Source: Sinorhizobium meliloti
Lineage (GTDB): Bacteria; Pseudomonadota; Alphaproteobacteria; Rhizobiales; Rhizobiaceae
DNA length: 32,000 nucleotides
Reading direction: 5' to 3'
Assembly (NCBI RefSeq): GCF_017876815.1
Contig: NZ_JAGIOS010000003.1
Location: 720,001-752,000, forward strand
Part shown: positions 8,293-17,215 of the stretch, piece after piece
Layout: each line of letters begins with the position of its first letter
How positions within the stretch are numbered: position 1 is the first letter of the stretch
Notes under the pieces: generated by a model
What the model was told of the DNA's origin: nothing
The model's input: only the letters and a program-made list of their open reading frames with translations
The model's database searches: none
Position numbers and translations under genes: made by a program

Positions 8293-9220
8293 ATGAATAG
8301 CGTACAACCCATTCGAATTGGTTTTCTGCTGCTGGCCGTCGCTCCAATCCTCTTTTGGATGCTGCTTGGAGTTTCCTGGGCACAGCAGGCTCCCGTCGGC
8401 GTGCCGCCCGAAAAGGCGCAACAGTTCCTCGATCTGCTCTCGGATCCGGAGGTGAAGACATGGCTCGAGGGTAAGATCCCTTCGGCTGCCGCGGAGCCGC
8501 CTGCTGGGTCGCCCGTCGAGACGATATCGAGCTGGGAGGCCGCCATCCGCGATCGCTTTAATGGGCTTATGGGCGCAGTTCCCCGCATACCAGAGGAGCT
8601 GGCAAGCGGCGCGGCTGTTTGTCTCGCGGGACGTGAACTTGGGCAGGCCCGGGCTGGTGGTCAGCATATTTGCCGTTCTGATTGCCGTTGGCCTCGGCGC
8701 CGAGTGGCTGATCCCGAGGGTCTTTGCCCGGGCACGCAAATCCGGCACAAACGAGAACGCCGGACAAGAGATCCTGCCCGAGATCGCTGCCTTGCTGACG
8801 TTTGCCTTGGCCAGCGTCGGTTCATTCCTGGCTTTCGAATGGCCGCCCTTACTGCGTAAGATCATCCTTACGCTGCTTCTAGCCGTGATCGTGTTTCGGG
8901 TCGTCCGAGCGATCGGCAAGTTGCTGTTTGCCTTGAGCGGCGCCAGCGGCATTGCCGATCAGCCGCCGTCAGCTTTTGAAAGCGATGCGGCCCGTCGTTT
9001 CTGGCTTTCGCGGATCAGCATTATTGCCGGGTTTCTTCTATTCGGCTGGGCCATCGTCAGTCTCATGCCCGCTTTGAGCTTCTCCAATGAGGTGACCCGG
9101 CTTGCTGCCTTTCTGTTCGGGTTGGGCATTCTGGTGACCGCAGTTGAAGTCGTCTGGCGGCGCCCCGACAAGCCGGCTTCGCTTGTCGTCAAGTCACTGC
9201 TTACCCTCTATCTAGTCTCT
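8293..9220 (+). pseudogene. N-terminal part of a multi-TM, possibly mechanosensitive-channel-like, envelope protein; frameshifted and 3'-truncated
   Basis: Signal peptide MNSVQPIRIGFLLLAVAPILFWMLLGVSWAQQ. The frame changes around 8590-8615 (...RIPEELASGAA / ARLFVSRDVNLGRPGLVVSIFAVLIAVGL...). Several TM helices follow. Coherent sequence stops near 9220, where IS-derived DNA begins. Confidence 0.5.
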
Positions 9221-9300
9221 AGGTTCGGGTCGTCAGGTGCGTTCTTCTTGACTCGAAGATATCGGCGAACCGTATCACGCGCGCATCCAAATTCTTTCAG
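9221..9300 (-). pseudogene. short transposase/recombinase-type HTH remnant
   Basis: The minus frame reads LKEFGCARDTVRRYLRVKKNAPDDPNL and is bounded by stops. It is wedged between the truncated membrane gene and the IS30-family end. Confidence 0.3.
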
Positions 9301-9365
9301 TGCATTCTATTTTCAAGTGCGACATGGAAATAAAAACAATGACTTACCCCCTTGGAGATTTTTGC

Positions 9366-9648
9366 ATGTCGCAGTGCTATTTGCAGCTCACCCTCCCCGA
9401 TCGCCGACGCGTGCATCAGCTTCTCGAACGCAAGGTCCCGATTGCTGAGATCGCCCGCCAACTCGGTCGGCATCGATCGACGATCTATCGTGAACTGAAG
9501 CGCAATACCTTTCATGATGCCGAGTTTCCGGAATACAGCGGCTATTACAGCGGTATCGCCAACGACATCAGTAAGGAGCGTCGGCGACGGCTGCGCAAGC
9601 TCAGCCGCCACCCGCAATTACGCGAACTGGTCATCGATCGACTGGAGG
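9366..9648 (+). pseudogene. IS30-family transposase, 5' portion
   Basis: MSQCYLQLTLPDRRRVHQLLERKVPIAEIARQLGRHRSTIYRELKRNTF...RHPQLRELVIDRLE. This is the HTH typical of IS30 transposases. Confidence 0.8.
9641..9648. repeat. target site duplication ACTGGAGG (left copy) of the IS66 insertion
   Basis: An identical 8-mer lies at 12485..12492, immediately outside both IS66 inverted repeats. Confidence 0.85.
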
Positions 9649-9694
9649 GTATCCGTCCGGTGAGGACCGCAGGTAGCTCGAAGCTGACTTACGC

Positions 9695-9976
9695 CTAGCG
9701 GTTTGATCGGAGGGCCACGATTGCTGCTGCGGCTGTCTCGGACAGCTTCGCCATCTCGCGATCGGGCAGCGCCATGTGCTCTGTGGCTATTTTGAAGAGG
9801 TAGTTGGCGATGTCTTCTGCCGTTGCGTTCTCGTTGATGAGCATACCGAACACGACGTCGGCATAGGCGTCGTATTCGTCCTTCGCTTCGGGAATGTCAG
9901 ATATGCCGATCGGATCCCAGTCGCGGAGCAACACATCGCGAACAAGAGCGCGGATTTTGTCGGTATCGTGAGCCAT
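9695..9976 (-). CDS. 93-aa passenger ORF inside the IS66 element, downstream of tnpC
   Basis: MAHDTDKIRALVRDVLLRDWDPIGISDIPEAKDEYDAYADVVFGMLINENATAEDIANYLFKIATEHM... It has protein-like composition, is on the same strand as the tnp genes, and lies between the tnpC stop (9986) and the IS terminus (9649). Confidence 0.55.
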   Translation of the reverse strand: MAHDTDKIRALVRDVLLRDWDPIGISDIPEAKDEYDAYADVVFGMLINENATAEDIANYLFKIATEHMALPDREMAKLSETAAAAIVALRSNR

Positions 9977-9985
9977 CAGGTGCCC

Positions 9986-11621
9986 CTACGCGGCGGCGGC
10001 TTTCGCCGACGGTGCCACCCAGTTCCACGGAAGCAATTGCTCCAGCCTGGTGATCGGGGTGTCGGCGATGCGGGCGAGGACGTCGGCAAGCCACGCCTGC
10101 GGATCGACCCCATTGAGCTTGGCACTCATGATCAGCGTCGCCATGAAGGCGGCGCGATCGGCACCACGATCGGAGCCGGCAAAAGAGCCACGACTTTCTG
10201 CCGAGGGCAAAACCGCGCAGCGCTCGTTCGGCGGCGTTGTTCGTCAGGCAGATCCGGCCGTCGCCGAGGAAGGACGTGAAGCCGTCCCAGCGTTTCAGCA
10301 TGTAATCGATCGGCTCAGTGACCGGTGAACTGCGCGACAGCTTTGTTCGCTCAGTTCGAAGCCAGGTCTGAAGTTCATCAACGAGCGGACGGCTGTCCTT
10401 CTGACGTCGTTGCAGCCGTTCGTCGGCGGCAAGCCCGTTGATGTCACGTTCGATATCAAAGAGGGCGTCGATGCGTTTGACCGCCTCGAGCGCAACCGGC
10501 GAGATCGCGGCAGCATTCTTGCCGCGTTTGGCGTTGCTGGCGATGTCGGCAAGCACGAAGAACTTGCGCCGAGAATGCGCCCAGCACAGCGCCTGCGTCA
10601 GCGGAACGGGATCGCGATCCACCTTGAACAATGGGTTGTAGCCGCCATAGGCGTCGGCCTGCAGAATGCCGGTGAAGCTCTTCAAATGGCGCTCGGGATG
10701 CTCCTGCCGTCGATCGCGCGAGGCATAATAGAGTGCCGCCGGCGGCGACGTTCCGCCGAACGGCCGGTCATCCCTGATATAGGTCCAGATGCGGCCGGTA
10801 TCGGTCTTGCCCTTCGCCAGGATCGGCACGGTGGTGTCGTCGCCATGCAGCCGCTCGGCAGCCAGCACATGCGCCTCGATCAGCGCATGTACCGGCTTCA
10901 GCGCCGCGGCGCAGGCCCCGACCTGGTCGGCGAGCGTCGACAGGCTGAGGTCGATGCCCTCGCGGGCGTACCGCTCGCTCTGCCGGTTCAGCGGCTGGTG
11001 CTGACCGAACTTCTCGAACAGGATCATCGCCAAGAGGTTCGGCCCGGCAAAGCCGCGCGGCGTCACGTGGAAGGGTGCCGGCGGCTGGGTGATCTTCTCG
11101 CATTCGCGGCAGGTGAACTTCTCGCGCACGGTCTGGATCACCTTCCACTGGCGCGGGATCACCTCCAGAGTCTCGGTGACGTCTTCACCCAGCTTCGCCA
11201 GCTTGGCCGAACCGCAGCACGGGCAGTTGGTTGGCGCGGTGATGACGACGCGTTCGCGCTGCAGATGCTCGGGGAAAGCTTTGCGCGATGGACGCTTGCG
11301 CTCGAAGGCCCGGACCGTCGAGGAGCGTGCCGCCATCTCCGCCGCCAGCTCGTCTTCGCCGGCGTCGGCCTCCAGCTCCTCGAGCTGCAGCTCCATCTGT
11401 TCGAGAAGCCGGGCCTTGCGCTCCGAGCGGCTGCCATGGATGTCGCGCTTCAGCTTCTCGATCTCAAGCCTCAGTCGGGCAATCAGTGCATCCGAATGTG
11501 AGTTCACCGCCTGGGCGCGGGCGGCAAGTGCTTCGGCTTCACGGCGGGCCGCACGCTCCGCGAGGATCATCGCGTGCGCGCTGGCAAGGTCGTCGGGAAG
11601 CTGATCGGCCGCATCGGTCAT
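9986..11621 (-). pseudogene. tnpC: IS66 TnpC (DDE transposase) with one frameshift
   Basis: MTDAADQLPDDL...CPCCGS...CRECE...LQADAYGGYN...[16 protein letters not shown]. The frame then slips at the A4/T4 run 10181..10184. The conserved end [54 protein letters not shown] is in ORF 9986..10210. Confidence 0.85.
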
Positions 11622-11666
11622 GGCGGGATGGAATCATATTCGCTGCCGCCGTGCCAGCGGTTTTGC

Positions 11667-12014
11667 TCATCCGGCCGAGCTAGGCCGCCAGGTTTTTTGC
11701 GGCATTCGCCAGTCGATGCCTTCGAGCAGATAGCCGAGCTGCGCCGGCGTGATCACCACCGTGCCGTCGGCCGCTGACGGCCAGATGAAACGGCCGCGCT
11801 CGAGCTTCTTCGTGAACAGGCAGGCACCCTGGCCGTCGTGCCATATCACCTTGATCAGGCCGCCGCTCCGGCCGCGGAAGACGAACAGATGGCCGCTCAT
11901 CGGATCGCGCTTCAACGTCTCCTGCACCATCAGTGACAGGCCGGGAAAGCCTCTGCGCATGTCGGTATAGCCCGTCGCTAGCCAGACCCTCACACCGCTC
12001 GGGACCGGGATCAT
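11667..12014 (-). CDS. tnpB: IS66 TnpB (Orf2)
   Basis: MIPVPSGVRVWLATGYTDMRRGFPGLSLMVQETLKRDPMSGHLFVFRGRSGGLIKVIWHDGQGACLFTKKLERGRFIWP is the canonical IS66 Orf2. Confidence 0.9.
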   Translation of the reverse strand: MIPVPSGVRVWLATGYTDMRRGFPGLSLMVQETLKRDPMSGHLFVFRGRSGGLIKVIWHDGQGACLFTKKLERGRFIWPSAADGTVVITPAQLGYLLEGIDWRMPQKTWRPSSAG

Positions 12015-12406
12015 CGCCGCTCCAGCACATCGAGAATCCGAGCCAAGGCTTCGGTGTCGATGTCACTCCCGACCCGCAGGCGACGGCCGCCGCCAAGCTC
12101 GATCATCACCAGGCTTGCTTTCTTGCGCGGCCGGGAAACCGGCGGCGGCTCGGGCGGGATCGATGGCCCAGGCAGCGTCTCGACGACCTCCACGGGAATG
12201 AGCTGCGGGACGGACGGCGTGGAGATTTGGCAGAGTTCCTTGCGCCAGCGGAAGAGTTGGCTGACATGAATGCCGGCCGAGTGCGCGATCTCCGAAACAC
12301 TTGCTCCTGGCTCAAGCGTCGCCGCGACCAGCCGCTCCTTCTCCTCGCGAGACCAGCGCCGACGCCGTTCGACCGACGTAATGACCTCAATCTGATGCTT
12401 CGTCAT
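12011..12406 (-). CDS. tnpA: IS66 TnpA (Orf1, HTH)
   Basis: RRRWSREEKERLVAATLEPGASVSEIAHSAGIHVSQLFRWRKEL. Its stop overlaps the tnpB start (ATGA). Confidence 0.9.
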   Translation of the reverse strand: MTKHQIEVITSVERRRRWSREEKERLVAATLEPGASVSEIAHSAGIHVSQLFRWRKELCQISTPSVPQLIPVEVVETLPGPSIPPEPPPVSRPRKKASLVMIELGGGRRLRVGSDIDTEALARILDVLERR

Positions 12407-12484
12407 AGGACTACTCCTAGTGCTTGCACTAGGACTTGCAGTCTTCAGCCTACCTCAGCAAGGCGGCCGTCACCGGAGGGATAC

Positions 12485-12492
12485 ACTGGAGG
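12485..12492. repeat. target site duplication ACTGGAGG (right copy)
   Basis: Identical to 9641..9648. Removing 9649..12492 restores the IS30 transposase reading frame. Confidence 0.85.
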
Positions 12493-12800
12493 CCCTTTGG
12501 TCGCCGGAGCAGATCGCCGGCCGCCTGCTTGCCGACGGTGTGAGCGCCGTCCGTGTCTGCACCGAGACGATCTACCGCTTCATCTATTGCAAGGAAGATT
12601 ATGCACTGAAGCTCTATCGGCATCTACCGGAAGGCCGTCGTAAGCGCCGCCCACGCCGCTCCCGCAAGCCCTGCGACGGCTCGATCCCGTTTGATTGCAG
12701 AATCGGCCCCGTGATTTTCGGCATGGTCAGTACGATCAATTCGTTGCGTTTAGCTCCCAGCGTGAGAAGCACTTGGTCAGTCTTGCCCCGTGGGAATTTG
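12485..12800 (+). pseudogene. IS30-family transposase, middle portion (frameshifted, truncated)
   Basis: ...LWSPEQIAGRLLADGVSAVRVCTETIYRFIYCKEDYALKLYRHLPEGRRKRRPRRSRKP, then a frame change (RPRDFRH...). The catalytic DDE region is absent. Confidence 0.7.
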
Positions 12801-13229
12801 ATCCATTCGTATTTGCCGCAACATGTTCCGTCCGGCGATCAGCAATTCAAATAGGAATGCGACAAGCGATCCGATGAGCGAGACTATGGCGCCACCAAAA
12901 AACCAGAAGAGATTTTCTTGACGCAACCCAATGGCAAGAGCGCCAGCAAGAAGATTTAGGATTGCGCCGCCCGTGCAAATGCCGGCTATCACCCCAAGCA
13001 CTACCGCAACCTCCAGTGCAAGTGCCCTTCGCCGCAGATACGCGAGCTGCATGCGAAACAACTTGCCTTGATTGCCCTTGTCGGCGACCTCGTTCAGCCG
13101 GTCCGATACTCTCCCGAGGCGAATGGTGTAGATACTGACAAAGCCTGCGGTACCAGCCAACAAAAAGACCGGCGCAAGGGATGTCTGTACGACAGAGGCA
13201 AGGTCTGTGACGATAGGCGGTGTGTTCAT
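12777..13229 (-). CDS. DUF2721-like membrane protein
   Basis: 150 aa with the pattern SLAPVFLLAGTAGFVSIYTIRLGRVSDRLNEV...MQLAYLRRRALALEVAV and 3 TM helices. The last codons may be IS30-derived. Confidence 0.6.
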   Translation of the reverse strand: MNTPPIVTDLASVVQTSLAPVFLLAGTAGFVSIYTIRLGRVSDRLNEVADKGNQGKLFRMQLAYLRRRALALEVAVVLGVIAGICTGGAILNLLAGALAIGLRQENLFWFFGGAIVSLIGSLVAFLFELLIAGRNMLRQIRMDQIPTGQD

Positions 13230-13436
13230 GAGTACCTCTCAGAAACAAATTGAACTGCGATGTAACAAGCTTTGACAGCATTAGATGTAGTCCACAGCGT
13301 AACGCCCATCATGAGAGCCCAGCGGAAGAGAGTTGAGTGAAATCAGCCAGTTGTGGGTCTGTTCGTTTGCATAGGACGCACGCAGACCACGATACGCCGG
13401 GCTGATTTCACACGTCTGCAATATGCCCGACGCGCA

Positions 13437-13562
13437 ATACGGTATGCAAGCGAACTGACGGACCGGGAAACAGGATTGATCTCGCCTTGCCTGCCTGGAA
13501 CGAGGCGGCTGGGCAGCACCGATCTTCGCGAGGTCGTGCAAGCTGTTCCCAAGACCCACAGC
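13437..13562 (+). pseudogene. IS5-family transposase N-terminal (DUF4096-like) fragment
   Basis: RYASELTDRETGLISPCLPGTRRLGSTDLREVVQAV resembles the LTDxEWxxIxPxLP...DLREVVNAI motif. It is followed by a stop and unrelated sequence. Confidence 0.5.
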
Positions 13563-14093
13563 TAGGGCTATATTGAGCGATTCGCAAAACGCGCGAACGG
13601 CATGACTAAGCTCGAGATCGAAATGCGCGTAATCCAACCGCTGTCGTCGCCGCGAAGTCGAGGGATTAACTCTGCGTGGGCAAAGCCCATTCCTCGATCG
13701 CCACATCTAGTTCGACTTGCACAAAGAAAATACCGCTTTGATAGGTAACAACAAGGGCGCAACCACGTATTTTACGGAAGCCGTCCCCTCGATCTGCGGA
13801 TCAACTGGGAGTTGGATCTATGATCAACCCTGCTTTTATTCGGGAACGACACCGCACGTAGGGACCAACCGACTGAAGATCGGTTTGTTCTCGCACGTCT
13901 TGGGACGGGCCCTTGCGGGATTGCGGACAATTTCTGAGGGCAACATCGGAACCTAGAGCGCGTCCGATGAAAGCGGAATCGGCGTGAGGATTGAACTAAG
14001 CCGCTATCGCGGCGAATGGGGCCGACTTTGACCGGAGCCTCCTGACTGATTGGATGGTGGTGTTGCAACCCACCCTTCAGACAGGAGGTCCAG

Positions 14094-14305
14094 ATGGCTG
14101 AGCTTAGCCCTTTTCGCCGCCGGATGATCGAGGACGTGACGGTCCGCGATCTGTCTCCGGCAACCCAGCGATCCTACATCAACGCCGTTCAGAAGTTCAG
14201 CCGCTATTTCGGTCGGTCACCGGATCGGCTTGATCTTGAGGATGTTCACGCCTTCCAGGTTCATCTGGTCTCGACAGGGATTATCCTGGGCATCGCTGAA
14301 CCAGA
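14094..14305 (+). pseudogene. tyrosine recombinase (phage-integrase N-terminal SAM-like domain) fragment
   Basis: MAELSPFRRRMIEDVTVRDLSPATQRSYINAVQKFSRYFGRSPDRLDLEDVHAFQVHLVSTGI. A +1 slip follows (expected ...SWASLNQIVFA in another frame), then truncation. Confidence 0.65.
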
Positions 14306-14309
14306 TCGT

Positions 14310-14581
14310 CTTCGCAAGATGAAGAAAACTGGGTTGTTTCTGCCGCTGCGAAACCTGTCGGAATCTGCCCGGATTGCGGAACCCGAAGCCGGCATCGGCA
14401 CGGCTGGCATCTTATGGCCAATCAAGCCAACAATCTCAGCCATCCGTTCAGTTCGTCGCATGTAGCGTGAAGCAATCTCGGGCAATCTGTCCGTGAAGGT
14501 TCGTCGCACGCACTCCCGGTGTCTACATTGCCACCGGTTCAGCGCGAGTTTGATTTTCACAACTTGACTCTGAACAGGCAA
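14310..14581 (-). pseudogene. ISL3-family transposase N-terminal fragment
   Basis: The minus frame reads VVKIKLALNRWQCRHRECVRRTFTDRLPEIASRYMRRTERMAEIVGLIGH... (zinc-finger/HTH region of ISL3 transposases). Confidence 0.55.
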
Positions 14582-14589
14582 GTCCTGGT

Positions 14590-15745
14590 GGCGGCGGTTG
14601 TGGGCGGTCGTCCGGGTGAATACTTAATGCATCGGATCGGCATGCCGGTCAGCGGCGATACGATCTTGCGGCAATTGAAGCGCAGGAATCCAAAGTCCAG
14701 GCAAAAAAACAATGTTAGGGTTGTGGGCATTGATGATTGGAGCTGGCGGCATTCCTCGCGGTAAGGCACGATCATGGTCGATCTCGAGCATCATTCGGTC
14801 GTCGATGTTCTGGAGGACCGCAGCGTCGAGAGCGCAAAAGCATGGTTGCAAGCGCGTCCGACTATCGCGGTCGTTAGCCGAGGTCGCTGCGGTCTGTATG
14901 CCCAGGCAGCCCGGGAGGGCGCACCGCAGGCCCCCCGGTAGCTGATCGTTTTCATCTGGTCCAAAATCTCAAGGCGGCGATCAAGGAACAGATGAGCGTT
15001 TATGGTCACACCCATGTGAGACCCATTCTCTCCGAAGATGCTATCGCCAGCGCTACGGCACAACACCGCCGCGCCCGCTTGGCGCACAGACAATCTCGTC
15101 AGGAAATATTCGACACGCTTCAAGCTTTGCGCCAGCAGGGCCTCACCTACAAGCGAGATTGCAAGGCGGACCGGATACGGCTTACTTCCAACGCACCTCG
15201 AGACTGAAACCGGCAGCATTGAACGCGACATCGCCATTGTATTTTGAAACATTTTTGGCTGAATGCTGGAAGAATGGAAACCGCATTGGGCGCCATCTGC
15301 TTTACGATATCAAGAACCGCGGCTACACGGGTAGTCGCACCAATCTGGAGCGCCTGTTGAAGGTGTGGCGTGAAGCCAAAAACATCCAACCCGGCGAGCC
15401 GCCTCCGGATATGGATGTTTCAGAACCCGTCCGCGATCCTGACACCGGCCATATGATCTCGTCTGTGGTGGCCGCAGCTTTGTGCATAAAACCGCGCGGA
15501 ATGCTGACAGATCGTCAGGCCAGAAAGGTCAATGCTTTGAAGCAGGGCTCGACAGTGTTCGCCATAATGCGTGGCTTGGCCATGCGCTTCAAAGGCGTCT
15601 TGGGCAGCAGGAATTCGGAGGCACTGGCTAAATGGATCGACGATGCCATTGAAACCGAGCTTACGGCAACATGCGTTTCGCCAGCGTTTTGCGCCGGGAT
15701 ATTGATGCCGTCAAAAATGCAATCGAACTCCCTTGGAGGATGAAC
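14590..15745 (+). pseudogene. ISL3-family transposase, N-terminally truncated with several frameshifts and a 3' truncation
   Basis: GGRPGEYLMHRIGMPVSGDTILRQLKRRN...VRVVGIDDWSWR / GTIMVDLEHHSVVDVLEDRSVESAKAWLQARPTIAVVSR / QVADRFHLVQNLKAAIKEQ / ...WIDDAIETELTA / MRFASVLRRDIDAVKNAIELPW are spread over three frames. Confidence 0.8.
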
Positions 15746-15816
15746 CTTTAATTGCGAGGCTCCTGTGCCAGTGAATTCAATTGGTTGGCATTGTACTCGA
15801 TTTGAGAACGGGCAGG

Positions 15817-16053
15817 TTAATTTGAGAATATGGCTTGGATTTTGTCACTTAATGTGAGAATCAGGCGGTCGACGTAATCGGCGGTGTTTCTGCATTGAGT
15901 GACCCATTTCCTGACGAGGTCGACGAAGTGCTTTGGGATGAACCGTGCCGACGCGCAGAAGTGGCTCGAGAACTCCTGAAGCATCCGCCTGGCAAAATGA
16001 CAGCCGCAGATGTAGCCACCTTCGACGCTGTCACAGTACGTAGTCGAACGCAT
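15817..16053 (-). CDS. hypothetical Cys-rich small protein (78 aa from the internal ATG; ORF extends to 16104)
   Basis: MRSTTYCDSVEGGYICGCHFARRMLQEFSSHFCASARFIPKHFVDLVRKWVTQCRN... It lies in a lower-GC stretch, divergent from 16065..16418. No family is recognised. Confidence 0.3.
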   Translation of the reverse strand: MRSTTYCDSVEGGYICGCHFARRMLQEFSSHFCASARFIPKHFVDLVRKWVTQCRNTADYVDRLILTLSDKIQAIFSN

Positions 16054-16064
16054 TTCTTGGGGAT

Positions 16065-16418
16065 ATGCTGATGAAGAGACCCGCGTTTTCGACCGCAGTT
16101 TCACTCTCGTTACTCGCGTTGGTTTCGAGCCGTGTCAATCTTTCGCATGCCGCAGAGCCGACATTCGCAATACTTCAAGGCATGTGCCGAAATACGAAGG
16201 ATCCTTTGCAACAGGGATACTGCACTGGTTTTATCGAGGCGATCGCCATACGTATCGCCAGAGATGGTAAGAATTGCGCATTTCTCCAGGACTATATCGA
16301 CCATGCGAACGCCGATCTTGCTCTTTCCGATCTTATTGCCGATCTGAATCCGGCTGAGTATTCCGAGAAGGCGTTCGATGCGGTAGAAAAATTCTTCTAC
16401 AACAAAGGCTGCTCCTAA
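16065..16418 (+). CDS. secreted 4-Cys small protein, possibly Rap1a/Tai4-like immunity family
   Basis: Signal peptide MLMKRPAFSTAVSLSLLALVSSRVNLSHA/AEP. The mature part has LQGMCRNTKDPLQQGYCTGFIEAIAIRI, reminiscent of the C-x(n)-C-x-G-[YF]-[IL] motif of that family. The family call is tentative. Confidence 0.5.
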   Translation: MLMKRPAFSTAVSLSLLALVSSRVNLSHAAEPTFAILQGMCRNTKDPLQQGYCTGFIEAIAIRIARDGKNCAFLQDYIDHANADLALSDLIADLNPAEYSEKAFDAVEKFFYNKGCS

Positions 16419-16647
16419 AGGCAGGATTGGGTGCGTGAAATAATGAGTGTTGATTTCCACTGAGAACTGACCCCTATTGCGGGCAAGGGCGATCTGGGAG
16501 AACGGCTCCTCGACGCCGAAGCCGAGCGCTGTGTCGGAACCAGAAGAACTCGGTCGATTTCCGGGGACCAAAAGACAAGCCGGGCACCAAGGGACAATAT
16601 GCCGACGTCGCCATCCATGCCGGGCTGTTCGTAACGGCCCACCCGGC

Positions 16648-17215
16648 ATGGACCTCGACATGCAGATTGAGTTGTTCGAGCAGGCACTGATCGAGCTCGA
16701 CAATGACGATGAGCTCATCAATAGGGTGTTGGAGATTTCCTCGAAGACGAAGACCTGCGCGTGCTTCGCTACGGTCTACCGAAAGAATAGTCAAAAGGGC
16801 GCGGGCAGCATAGCCGAGGTAGCTAGCCTATTCGTGCTTTGGTCGGCTTGGGTAACGGGATTTCTAGGACTGCTGTGGCTCGGCATCTATTCGCTGCTCT
16901 TACCGGCTCTGGTGCGCGGCGTTGGCGATGTGGCGCAGGCCTTAGCGACCAGAGCACAGCGCACCGGGCCTCCCGGCATCGTACTGAGCGTGGTCATAGT
17001 CAGGGCTGCCAGGGCAGCGGTGATCGCCGCCGCGGTCGCATGGCTCGCCTACATCTGGCGCATCAGAGCCGCAGCCCTCGCCGGCAGCGAACCCGGCGCG
17101 ATCGTGATACCGGGATTGCTCAACGGTATCATCGCCCTCTTGGTCGCCGACCTGCTTTGGCAGATGTCAAAGGCGTTAATCGCTTATCGGATGGGACTTG
17201 GGTCTAAGGACGGTT
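16648..17215 (+). pseudogene. multi-TM membrane protein fragment, 3'-truncated by IS256-derived DNA
   Basis: MDLDMQIELFEQALIELDNDDELINRVL..., then TM helices (SLFVLWSAWVTGFLGLLWLGIYSLLLPAL; AAVIAAAVAWLAYIW; IVIPGLLNGIIALLVADLLWQMSKALI). There is no clear RBS. The ORF tail after about 17215 is antisense to the IS256 transposase. Confidence 0.4.

Larger units (their letters stand above)
9649..12484 (-). mobile_element. IS66-family insertion sequence (2836 bp)
   Basis: The terminal inverted repeats are GTATCCGTCCGGTGAGGACCGC (9649->) and GTATCCCTCCGGTGACGGCCGC (reverse complement of 12484<-), 19/22 identical. It has an 8-bp TSD and tnpA-tnpB-tnpC in the canonical order with an ATGA overlap. Confidence 0.9.
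9301..12800 (+). mobile_element. IS30-family element, split by an IS66 insertion and 3'-truncated
   Basis: The transposase N-terminus (9366..9648) continues exactly after the IS66 insert (from 12485) as ...VIDRLE/ALWSPEQIAGRLLADGV.... The left end is approximate (TGCATTCTATTTTCAAG...). The right boundary is uncertain and overlaps the 3' end of the DUF2721 gene. Confidence 0.7.

Noticed and set aside
7771-8952. 393-aa minus-strand ORF
   Set aside because: It is Arg/Ser/Pro-rich and spans two well-supported plus-strand genes and their intergenic region. This is a classic high-GC antisense artefact.
10410-11501. 363-aa plus-strand ORF inside IS66
   Set aside because: It is antisense to the clearly identifiable tnpC and has shadow-frame composition.
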